The notes beneath the pieces were generated by a model. That model saw only the letters and a program-made list of their open reading frames with translations. It did not search any database and was not told the origin of the DNA. A stretch of DNA of 31,154 nt from Candidatus Hydrothermarchaeales archaeon. GTDB lineage: Archaea > Hydrothermarchaeota > Hydrothermarchaeia > Hydrothermarchaeales > SZUA-236. The position numbers were made by a program, and so were the translations under genes. The stretch spans positions 1 to 31,154 of the forward strand of contig JBHICB010000001.1 of the NCBI GenBank assembly GCA_046759365.1, read 5' to 3'. Shown here one piece after another: positions 18,880-25,942 of the stretch; positions within the stretch are counted from its first letter, which is position 1, and each line of letters starts with the position of its first letter.

Positions 18880-19430
18880 AACTAGTGGTCGGTCTGATCG
18901 GCCGGATGGGAGCGGGAAAGGGGGTAGTTAGCGATTATATTAACGAAAAATATGGGGCTAGTCAGCACAGATTCTCCCAAGTTTTAATGGACCTGCTTGA
19001 CAGATTATACCTCCCACATGATCGGAAATTGCTTCAAGAACTCGGGGCCTGCATTAGAAATAAGTTGGGGATGGGCATTATCGTTGATGCTTTTAAAAAG
19101 GATCTGGAAAGAGATGGGTCAAAAATTATAGTCGTAGACGGTATAAGATACAAAAACGAGGTGGAGATGCTTAGAAGCTTTGAAAATAATCTCCTCCTAT
19201 CCATAGATGCACCTGTTAAATTGCGTTATGAAAGATGCAAAAATCGCGGAGAAAAAGGAGAATCCACTATAACTTACAAAGAGTTTTTAGAAGCAGAGAA
19301 TAGAGAAACCGAGCGTTACATCGACGACATCAAGGAGATGGCAGACTACGTCATAGAAAATACTGGAACTTTAGGGGAGTTATTTGAAAAGACCGATAAC
19401 ATATTAAATATTAACTCGGTCTCTCTATAA
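18876..19430 (+). CDS. P-loop nucleoside-monophosphate / dephospho-CoA-kinase-like protein
   Basis: GRMGAGKG Walker A, VVDGIR, LRYER lid. ATGA overlap with the deaminase. Confidence 0.8.
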   Translation: MKLVVGLIGRMGAGKGVVSDYINEKYGASQHRFSQVLMDLLDRLYLPHDRKLLQELGACIRNKLGMGIIVDAFKKDLERDGSKIIVVDGIRYKNEVEMLRSFENNLLLSIDAPVKLRYERCKNRGEKGESTITYKEFLEAENRETERYIDDIKEMADYVIENTGTLGELFEKTDNILNINSVSL

Positions 19431-20571
19431 GCTTCACAACAGTATTGCTCTTTTTTCCGCTCCTGAGATATTCTATCTTGACTTCGTCCCCCACATCATG
19501 CTCCAAGATAGCTTCGACAAGTTCATCCATTGACTTTATTTCCCTATCGTCAAATTTTGTTATAATGTCCCCTCCGACTACTAATGCACGGGCACCGACG
19601 ATGGTTAGATCCTCGCCACCCCTCAACCCTGCATCATCTGCCGGTCCGCCGTCGACTACGCTTGCTATGATCACTCCGTTTTCTATCGGTAAGTCCAGAG
19701 CCTCTGAAGTGCGTTCTGTTACAGTATAGCCTGTTATGCCCAACCATGGACGGATTACCCTTCCGTGTTCTATTAGTTCCTCAGCCACAACCTTTGCGTT
19801 ATTTATCGGGATAGCAAATCCGATACCGATCGAACCTTTAATCGGAGAAAATATTGCTGTGTTGATACCAATAACCTCCCCCTTCGAATTTACCAGTGGG
19901 CCTCCGCTATTTCCGGGGTTAATTGATGCGTCTGTCTGAATAATTCCCTGTATCTCAAAGTTGTTTCTTGATCTCAAGGTCCTATTCAGGGCGCTTATAA
20001 CCCCCACTGTTATAGTGTTGTCAAGGCCGAAGGGGTTTCCTATTGCTATAGCTAATTGGCCGATTCTAAGCGAATCTGAATCTCCAAGAACGGAGGGTGT
20101 TAATCTAGTATTTGGGTTTATCTTGACGACAGCAATATCCGTTGTGGGGTCTTTTCCTATAAGCTTGGCAAAAGCGACTTCACCATCGGGTAATGTCACT
20201 TCGACCTTTTCAGCATCCTCCACCACATGCGAATTTGTCAATATATAACCGTTAACATCCAGTATTATTCCGGATCCTACCCCTTCCTGTGGAATGTCCC
20301 TCATAAAAAAATCAGTAGTCAGGGTAGTGGTGGTGATATGAACCACAGACTGCCCTATTTTCTCATATACCCCTATTACTATGCTTTCTTCAGTCTTCAT
20401 GACTTCTGGGAGGGTTCCGGAAACAGAGGTGGTATATATGGGGGTAACAGTTCTTTTAGGAAATAAATCCAAGTAATAGATGCCTCCTAAGAGCACAACT
20501 CCGCAGATAAAACCTGCAATAATAGCTACGATAAAATACTTTACAAGGCTATCTCTTGAAGAATCCAACAA
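19411..20571 (-). CDS. htrA: Membrane-anchored HtrA/DegP serine protease (TM, trypsin, PDZ)
   Basis: TNSHVV, DIAVV, TDASINPGNSGGPL, RPWLGI, PDZ; N-terminal TM helix. Confidence 0.95.
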   Translation of the reverse strand: MLDSSRDSLVKYFIVAIIAGFICGVVLLGGIYYLDLFPKRTVTPIYTTSVSGTLPEVMKTEESIVIGVYEKIGQSVVHITTTTLTTDFFMRDIPQEGVGSGIILDVNGYILTNSHVVEDAEKVEVTLPDGEVAFAKLIGKDPTTDIAVVKINPNTRLTPSVLGDSDSLRIGQLAIAIGNPFGLDNTITVGVISALNRTLRSRNNFEIQGIIQTDASINPGNSGGPLVNSKGEVIGINTAIFSPIKGSIGIGFAIPINNAKVVAEELIEHGRVIRPWLGITGYTVTERTSEALDLPIENGVIIASVVDGGPADDAGLRGGEDLTIVGARALVVGGDIITKFDDREIKSMDELVEAILEHDVGDEVKIEYLRSGKKSNTVVKLIERPS

Positions 20572-20721
20572 AATTACCGCCTCCGCGGGGCTATGAGAGT
20601 TATTGGCTCTATTAGATAAAATTTTATAATCCCCTATTTTTACTTTTCTGCTCGCCTTGAAGCGAAATTATAATTTTATCAAAAGAAGGAAGATAAAAAT
20701 TGCAAACTAAACATGGGTATA

Positions 20722-20742
20722 TCCGATGTAATAATCATCGGA
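20722..20742. promoter_or_regulatory. Perfect 7-bp inverted repeat in the htrA / DUF151 divergent intergenic region
   Basis: TCCGATG-TAATAAT-CATCGGA. Confidence 0.45.
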
Positions 20743-20845
20743 GATTGTTGTTCATACGGCATTTCAGTGTATTTCCCAATACTGGAATGATTTTTATCGA
20801 ATTTTTCCCTTAACTTTATACATTTGAATAATATTATATATTTTA

Positions 20846-21403
20846 ATGTTTAAAGCTAGAAATATTGCCTTTGGAATTTTAATCGTCTTCTTTTTTACAC
20901 TTGTTTTGGTATTTTTATCCAGTAGGCCGATACCAACCAAGAAACCAATGATTTCAGATTCAACTCCTGAAGGTTACATTAAAGCCGAGGTAAAAGACCT
21001 GCAGATCTCGGCCAGTGGCGGTGTAATCTCTATAGGTGGTGATGAATCTGAAAAGGTTCTGCAAATTCATATAGGAATGGATCAGGCTCATACTTTAGTT
21101 AGGGTTATGAACAATTTATCCTCTAAGCGGCCAATGACCCATGATCTGCTTGATGAGATTCTTAAAAAATCCGGAACTGATATCGTTTATATTTCTGTGG
21201 ATAAGTTCGAAGCTGGAACTTTTTTTGCCACTATCGTTGTAAGAGACGGTGAGGTAAAGAAGTTAGATGCTCGCCCCTCTGATAGTATTATAATCGCTTT
21301 AATGAGGGGAGCCCCAATTTATGTGAAAAAAGATTTGTTGGAAGTAAGTGGCGTGGCCCCTGGGCAAAAAGAAGTTCAAAGAGAGGTGGCACGCTCGGTG
21401 TAA
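20846..21403 (+). CDS. Bifunctional nuclease (DUF151/BFN) family protein with an N-terminal TM or signal helix
   Basis: RPMTHDLL, GTFFATI, LDARPSDSIIIAL, PIYV; N-terminal IAFGILIVFFFTLVLVFL. Confidence 0.85.
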   Translation: MFKARNIAFGILIVFFFTLVLVFLSSRPIPTKKPMISDSTPEGYIKAEVKDLQISASGGVISIGGDESEKVLQIHIGMDQAHTLVRVMNNLSSKRPMTHDLLDEILKKSGTDIVYISVDKFEAGTFFATIVVRDGEVKKLDARPSDSIIIALMRGAPIYVKKDLLEVSGVAPGQKEVQREVARSV

Positions 21404-21541
21404 TATGTTTACGGCATAAGACCAATCTTTCTATCCCTATGCGTTGGAGTCACCAGAGGAATTTCTCTCTTTGTTTGAGGAATATGGAAAAGTGAAAAAA
21501 GGAAGAGATGGCATTAGATTTTTGGGAATCTGCATAAATCT

Positions 21542-22471
21542 TTAGAACACTATCTCTCCATCTGCAGCATAGATTATGCCTGCAGGGTCATAGTCTGTGA
21601 GTCTTGCCGTAATCATAATGGCGTCATTTTTATTGATATTTACGAGTTTTCCTCTTTGATCCCAATTTATCCTCGCAACGATCTCACAACCAGTGGAGTG
21701 TTCTAGCTGGAGTATATATCCCTCAGAATCCTTATTTGCGGCTACCAAAATTGCCCCTTCCCATGTAATGTATTTGTCTTTGTATGTGGAACTGAAAATG
21801 TCCTGTTTTTGAAGATCGGTATAGTTGCTGAACAATCCAAGGATCTGACACGCTTCCTCAAGACTGTTGTTTATAAAAACCTTTTCTAAAACTTGTTCTG
21901 TTGTAATGTTTTCAAGCATGGTTGTTATATTCGATTCTGTTGCATTAATTTCTTGTCTTCTGAAGTTGGATATAATGCCTGGCAGAAACACCACAGAAAG
22001 GACAGTTACAAGGAGCATGAACCCTCCAAAATCTATCATGTTTCTTGCCATTTTGTAGTCATATTTTCGAATCGCAAAATATGCAATTACTCCACCAAAA
22101 ATGTTGAAAAATAGTGGTGTAAGGTACCACCATTTTGAAGGTTTTTGTCTGCGGGCAATTCGAGGAGGTGTCTTATATGTCTCCGGCTCCTTATTAGGCC
22201 CCTTATATCTAGAAATTGTTCTCTGAGCTTTAATCTCAGATATTTTTCTTGCTATCTCCCTTTTCTTCTTTTTGAACTCTTCTTCACCAATTTCGTCCCT
22301 CTCATGGGCCTTTATTATCTCACTTAACTGCTTTTTCAATTCTTTCTGTTTCTCTCTTATGGTCTTTTTTTTGGATTTGCCGACACTTGGTTTTGTCAGC
22401 AAATTCCCACACCATACGCAGATTACGTCTCCTTCCTTGTATGCAGTTCCGCATTTCTCGCAAGTAGGCAT
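21542..22471 (-). CDS. Zinc-ribbon / SHOCT-like / TM / OB-fold-like membrane protein
   Basis: CEKC..CVWC; EIGEEEFKKKKREI; hydrophobic WWYLTPLFFNIFGGVIAYF and GFMLLVTVLSVVFLPGII. Five N-x-S/T sequons follow the last TM, then YKDKYITWEG...ITARL. Confidence 0.75.
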   Translation of the reverse strand: MPTCEKCGTAYKEGDVICVWCGNLLTKPSVGKSKKKTIREKQKELKKQLSEIIKAHERDEIGEEEFKKKKREIARKISEIKAQRTISRYKGPNKEPETYKTPPRIARRQKPSKWWYLTPLFFNIFGGVIAYFAIRKYDYKMARNMIDFGGFMLLVTVLSVVFLPGIISNFRRQEINATESNITTMLENITTEQVLEKVFINNSLEEACQILGLFSNYTDLQKQDIFSSTYKDKYITWEGAILVAANKDSEGYILQLEHSTGCEIVARINWDQRGKLVNINKNDAIMITARLTDYDPAGIIYAADGEIVF

Positions 22472-22643
22472 CGTCCCACTTTAGTCCTTTTAAATATAAA
22501 TAAAGTTGTGTCTATCTTCTTCTAATAGTGCTATAACTTTCAATTAGATCGTCTATTACATAATTTTGTTATATATAAACATCTATGAAAATGAGAATGT
22601 AGAAGAAAATGCCTTTGTATTTATTCCTATACGAATATGAGTT

Positions 22644-22667
22644 AGTAGCGGGGGGTCGATTTGAACG
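22644..22667 (-). repeat. att copy: duplicated 3' end of tRNA-iMet
   Basis: AGTAGCGGGGGGTCGATTTGAACG is identical to 24537-24560. Confidence 0.93.
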
Positions 22668-22727
22668 GCTTAAAGAGTATGGGGGGACGAATAGTGAACT
22701 TTGAAAATGTTTGCTATTTTTCTAAAT

Positions 22728-22782
22728 GTGAGCTATTTACTCACAAATAAGTTTTTATACTAAAAGTGAGCTATTTACTCAC
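22728..22782 (+). promoter_or_regulatory. Twin 17-bp pseudo-palindromic operators flanking a TATA box
   Basis: GTGAGCTATTTACTCAC at 22728-22744 and 22766-22782, with TTTTTATA at 22752-22759 between them and ATG at 22783. Confidence 0.85.
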
Positions 22783-23598
22783 ATGACACAGTGGATCCCT
22801 GAATGGCTTGCAAGAAGATACTCTGAGATGTACGTTCTGAAGAAAGAATTCGATCTACGCGAAGCAGTAGATGCATGGGGCGTAAAAGAAAGCACAACGA
22901 GGAAAATTTTAAGCGAGCTAGCTAAAAAAGGATGGATAAGAGAGATTGAAAGGGGCAAAGGTAAGAGATATATTTTAACCAGTCCTGAGGAGGCGGTCTT
23001 TAAATTTGCAACCATCTCCAAATCAAATGTACTTGATATAGCAACCAGAATCTTCCAGGAGCATAAAAATGTGCTCTTTTTCGGATCTTTGGTTACTTTG
23101 AAGTATGGACACGGCAGGCTGGAAGATTATCTTGTGGTGTTAACAAAGCCTTTTGAGCAACACCTGCTTGAGGGAAAAAAGTGGAAGGTACCGGTAGAAG
23201 TGTTGGGTCTTAGCGACACAAAGATGTTTAAAAATGCCAATCTTCTGTTGTACAAAGGTACGCGATTGAAAATAGCGTCCCTTGAGGATTCCATTGTCCT
23301 TTTTGCTTACTGCATATTCCAGAGAGGGTTGGCCCTTAGGATATCTGACTATGTAAGCTTGCTCATGGAGCCTGAGATAATAGACTGGGAATACGTTATC
23401 GAAAGGGCTAGGAAGTTCAAGGTTGAAAAGGCCCTATATCTAACTCTCAGCAGTAGCTTGGAAATAAACATTAAAAGGGAGATACTAGACAAGTTTGAAG
23501 AGATGGCCCATGGTGAACCTGAGCCTCATTTTTGGGAATCGGGGATTTCGGAAAAAGAGATAATAAACGCTTATAGGAAGGTTAGAGAATTATGGTGA
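22783..23598 (+). CDS. wHTH plus degenerate nucleotidyltransferase-like domain protein (type IV TA / AbiEi-like antitoxin candidate)
   Basis: wHTH STTRKILSELAKKGWIREIERGKGKRY. C-terminal FFGSLVTLKYGHGRLED, KIASLEDSIV and IDWEYVIERA. Confidence 0.65.
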   Translation: MTQWIPEWLARRYSEMYVLKKEFDLREAVDAWGVKESTTRKILSELAKKGWIREIERGKGKRYILTSPEEAVFKFATISKSNVLDIATRIFQEHKNVLFFGSLVTLKYGHGRLEDYLVVLTKPFEQHLLEGKKWKVPVEVLGLSDTKMFKNANLLLYKGTRLKIASLEDSIVLFAYCIFQRGLALRISDYVSLLMEPEIIDWEYVIERARKFKVEKALYLTLSSSLEINIKREILDKFEEMAHGEPEPHFWESGISEKEIINAYRKVRELW

Positions 23599-23602
23599 AG
23601 AC

Positions 23603-23662
23603 ATGATGAAAGAAAAAATTCAAAAGGCCCTAACCAGGTTAAACGATGTTCTCAAGGAGTAA
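23603..23662 (+). pseudogene. 19-codon stub of a probable partner gene
   Basis: A GGTGA RBS overlaps the upstream stop, then MMKEKIQKALTRLNDVLKE* (amphipathic helix). Multiple stops follow. Confidence 0.45.
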
Positions 23663-23702
23663 AATGAGTAGGTATGAAAACTCATATTTTCTGTTATAAT
23701 AA

Positions 23703-24089
23703 CTAATCTTTGGCTAGATCCTCTATGGCCCGTCTAATCCTTTCCAGAAGTCTATCTGCATCATGGATTATATCCTCTGCTTCTTCTTCTGTGAATTCAT
23801 ACCCTATCCCGTAGTCCGCTCGCTCCCTGCTTTCCCTTGCTGTGCTTATGATCTTGACGTAGTAATCCTCAACCACACCTTTCTTTACAAACTCCAGTCC
23901 AAACTGGGCAATTACTCCCTTGTGAGTTTTTGGAAAGATGTTTTTGGTGCTGAGCAGGGCTCTTGCAGAATAGTGCATGCTATAGTAGGCCCTGCTTATG
24001 GCGTCGCCATACTCTCCTTTTTCATAAAGGATCATTGCGGACCTCAATTTAGATTCTGCTTCCTCTAGAAGAAGATGGGCTTCATCCAA
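23703..24089 (-). CDS. HEPN domain protein (UPF0332/COG1895-like)
   Basis: AISRAYYSM, PKTHKG, RERADY. Start probably TTG 24089, overlapping the MNT stop. Confidence 0.92.
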   Translation of the reverse strand: MDEAHLLLEEAESKLRSAMILYEKGEYGDAISRAYYSMHYSARALLSTKNIFPKTHKGVIAQFGLEFVKKGVVEDYYVKIISTARESRERADYGIGYEFTEEEAEDIIHDADRLLERIRRAIEDLAKD

Positions 24090-24405
24090 TAGCCACACCC
24101 TCTCTGGTAATGTTCTGATAAAATCCTGTGTTTATTTTCTTCATGAATTCGTACTCTTCTGTTGATATCGCTTTCGGCGAGATATAAACCCCCTTATCTA
24201 GCAATATATCAACGGCTATCCCAGAGAGGTCCTTCTGCACTTTGAATCGGTCTTCCCTGGTAATAACAAGCAGATCTATGTCGCTTTCCTCATTATAATC
24301 CTCCCGGGCATGGCTACCAAATAAGATTATCTCTTCTATTTTGTCACCGTATTTTTCCTTGACATTCTTTACAAATTCTTCTGTTACTTTTTTTTGCAGA
24401 TCCAT
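24082..24405 (-). CDS. Minimal nucleotidyltransferase (MNT)
   Basis: LFGSHAREDYNEESDIDLLV (GS-x10-DxD). Start probably ATG 24405. Confidence 0.92.
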   Translation of the reverse strand: MDLQKKVTEEFVKNVKEKYGDKIEEIILFGSHAREDYNEESDIDLLVITREDRFKVQKDLSGIAVDILLDKGVYISPKAISTEEYEFMKKINTGFYQNITREGVAIG

Positions 24406-24538
24406 GAGGAATAATATGTGCTTATAGTATTTTATCCTTTCTTGCCATATCATAGGCTAATTTTCTGAATTTTGGTCCTGATAAAAAGCAGTAAAAGCCG
24501 AACAAGAATGTTTTATTTTCATTGTTCGACCTCTGAAG

Positions 24539-24614
24539 TAGCGGGGGGTCGATTTGAACGACCGATCTCCGGGTTATGAGCCCGGCGGGATTGACCTGGC
24601 TACCCCACCCCGCT
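24539..24614 (-). tRNA. tRNA-Met initiator (CAT)
   Basis: AGCGGGG...CCCCGCT-A with an A1-U72 pair and three G-C pairs next to loop CTCATAA. CCA is not encoded. Confidence 0.96.
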
Positions 24615-24670
24615 TCAATTCATATCGATTCCAATGTATGTGAAACAGTATTTAAGTCTTTTCCGGTGTA

Positions 24671-24745
24671 TGGGCCCGGAGGGATTCGAACCCTCGACCT
24701 TCCGGTTATCAGCCGAACGCGCTAACCATGCTGCGCCACGGGCCC
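24671..24745 (-). tRNA. tRNA-Ile (GAT)
   Basis: GGGCCCG...CTGATAA...GAGGGTTCGAATCCCTC-CGGGCCC-A. Confidence 0.96.
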
Positions 24746-24813
24746 AAAAGGAACAAAATTCCTTGGAAAGTTATTTATTTAAAACTTTCTTCATTTATAG
24801 AGATATCTTCTAT

Positions 24814-24890
24814 GGGCTCGTAGCTCAGTCTGGCAGAGCGCTGCCTTCGCAAGGCAGAGGCCCCGGGTTCAAATCCCGGCGAGTCCACCA
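24814..24890 (+). tRNA. tRNA-Ala (CGC)
   Basis: G3:U70 pair, CTGCC-TTCGCAA-GGCAG, encoded CCA. Confidence 0.96.
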
Positions 24891-24934
24891 AAGGGTTTAT
24901 AAGACCCCTAAAGTCAACTTTTTTCGGTGACTTT

Positions 24935-25345
24935 ATGGATAGGTCATGGATAGCCATCATATTACTTGCGGTTTTGGTAACGTCTGGGTGTACAATTGGG
25001 AGGGCAAAAAATCTCAAATTGAATGGAGAGGTTGTGCCGAGTAAAATCAGTCTAGATGAATCTCAACCAATAGTTTTGGAGGCAACGGTTGAAAATGGTG
25101 GCACTGCAACAGAGACTATAATTATTGATGTGGTTAAGACAGAAGGCGTAGATGTAAAGAGACCTGAAAGGACCCAATTTACGCTGAAACCTGGGGAGAG
25201 TAGGGTGGTTACCTTTGAGGCATCTTTAACTTCTGACGCTGTGCCGGGGGATTATATCCTTGAGGTAACTGTGCAAAGTCAAAGCGGCGAATATGTAGGG
25301 GACAGGGCCAAGCTTAGAGTGGTAAAAAGCAAAGGCTTGTTCTAG
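24935..25345 (+). CDS. Probable lipoprotein with an Ig-like domain
   Basis: Signal IAIILLAVLVTSGC (lipobox-like); Ig-like pattern ATVENGG...FTLKPGESRVVTF...PGDYILEVTV. Confidence 0.75.
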   Translation: MDRSWIAIILLAVLVTSGCTIGRAKNLKLNGEVVPSKISLDESQPIVLEATVENGGTATETIIIDVVKTEGVDVKRPERTQFTLKPGESRVVTFEASLTSDAVPGDYILEVTVQSQSGEYVGDRAKLRVVKSKGLF

Positions 25346-25376
25346 TTAATATTCTGTAAAATACTTTGCGCAAAGA

Positions 25377-25449
25377 GGGCCCGTGGTCTAGTGGTTATGA
25401 CATCGCCTTGACACGGCGAAGATCGGGTGTTCGATTCTCCCCGGGCCCA
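25377..25449 (+). tRNA. tRNA-Val (GAC)
   Basis: TCGCC-TTGACAC-GGCGA; T-stem has a T.T mismatch; no CCA. Confidence 0.93.
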
Positions 25450-25455
25450 TTTTTT
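25450..25455 (+). terminator. Oligo-T terminator after tRNA-Val(GAC)
   Basis: T6 immediately after the discriminator base. Confidence 0.5.
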
Positions 25456-25502
25456 CAATAAAATTTTTAAGTTCTCAAACATACGTGGACTTAACTTCAC
25501 GC

Positions 25503-25578
25503 GGGCCCGTAGTCTAGTGGTTATGACGTCAGTCTCACACACTGAAGATCGGGTGTTCGATTCCCCCCGGGCCCACCA
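25503..25578 (+). tRNA. tRNA-Val (CAC)
   Basis: TCAGT-CTCACAC-ACTGA; T-stem has a T.C mismatch; encoded CCA. Confidence 0.93.
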
Positions 25579-25789
25579 AAAAATTCTTTCTACCGTTTTA
25601 TACATAAAAACAGTCAACGAAGTAGGGGGAGTAAAGAATATTGAAGATATTTTGATCCCTAACAAAACATCAAATCGAGGCAATATCCCCCCGACAGACT
25701 AGGATAGAAAAAGTACAACTCAATAATTTGTGGAAATAGCGAGATACGGCCAAAAAAAATTTAAACTTTTTAACAGAAGTGGTCATGAA

Positions 25790-25901
25790 GCGGCTATAGT
25801 CTAGCGGTAGGACTCAAGCTTCCCAAGCTTTAGGACAATAGGAATAAATCTTAAAGCGGAAAAAGCTTGCTGCCCGGGTTCGAATCCCGGTAGCCGCACC
25901 A
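25790..25901 (+). tRNA. tRNA-Gly (CCC) with a 38-nt intron at position 37/38
   Basis: GCGGCTA...CAAGC-TTCCCA|intron|A-GCTTG...TAGCCGC-A-CCA. Confidence 0.95.
25826..25863 (+). other. tRNA intron with a canonical bulge-helix-bulge
   Basis: Central helix TTCC(25820-23):GGAA(25858-61), 3-nt bulges CA|A and AA|A, and a 9-bp intron stem GCTTTAGGA/TCTTAAAGC. Confidence 0.92.
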
Positions 25902-25942
25902 TTTTAACACCATTGGATTGGTTAAAAAATTCTGCTAAAAGA

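Larger units (their letters stand above)
22644..24560. mobile_element. tRNA-iMet-integrated islet (about 1.9 kb, no integrase) with TA/defence-type cargo
   Basis: Bounded by 24-bp direct repeats spanning the T-loop to 2 nt past the discriminator, in the same orientation and downstream of the intact tRNA. Confidence 0.82.

Noticed and set aside
21420-21546. About 40 protein-like codons after DUF151 (DQSFYPYALESPEEFLSLFEEYGKVKKG...)
   Set aside because: No start codon after the in-frame stop and no recognisable family; may be chance.
22607-22702. 31-codon ORF reading through the att copy as a possible split-integrase fragment
   Set aside because: The tRNA-like part is forced by the repeat and the flanks show no tyrosine-recombinase motifs.
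22728-22783. Two 17-18 bp direct repeats as a mini-CRISPR
   Set aside because: Only two units, repeat too short, the spacer is the TATA box, and there are no cas genes. An operator explains it better.
24499-24528. CGAACAA/TTGTTCG inverted repeat resembling the ftsZ palindrome core
   Set aside because: Spacer length differs (16 vs 1) and it lies just downstream of tRNA-iMet, so a terminator-like hairpin or coincidence is more likely.
24634-25702. ORFs 24634-24930, 24775-25017, 25342-25683 and 25427-25702
   Set aside because: They overlap tRNA genes and show typical tRNA-shadow translations (GFEP, GESNTR).
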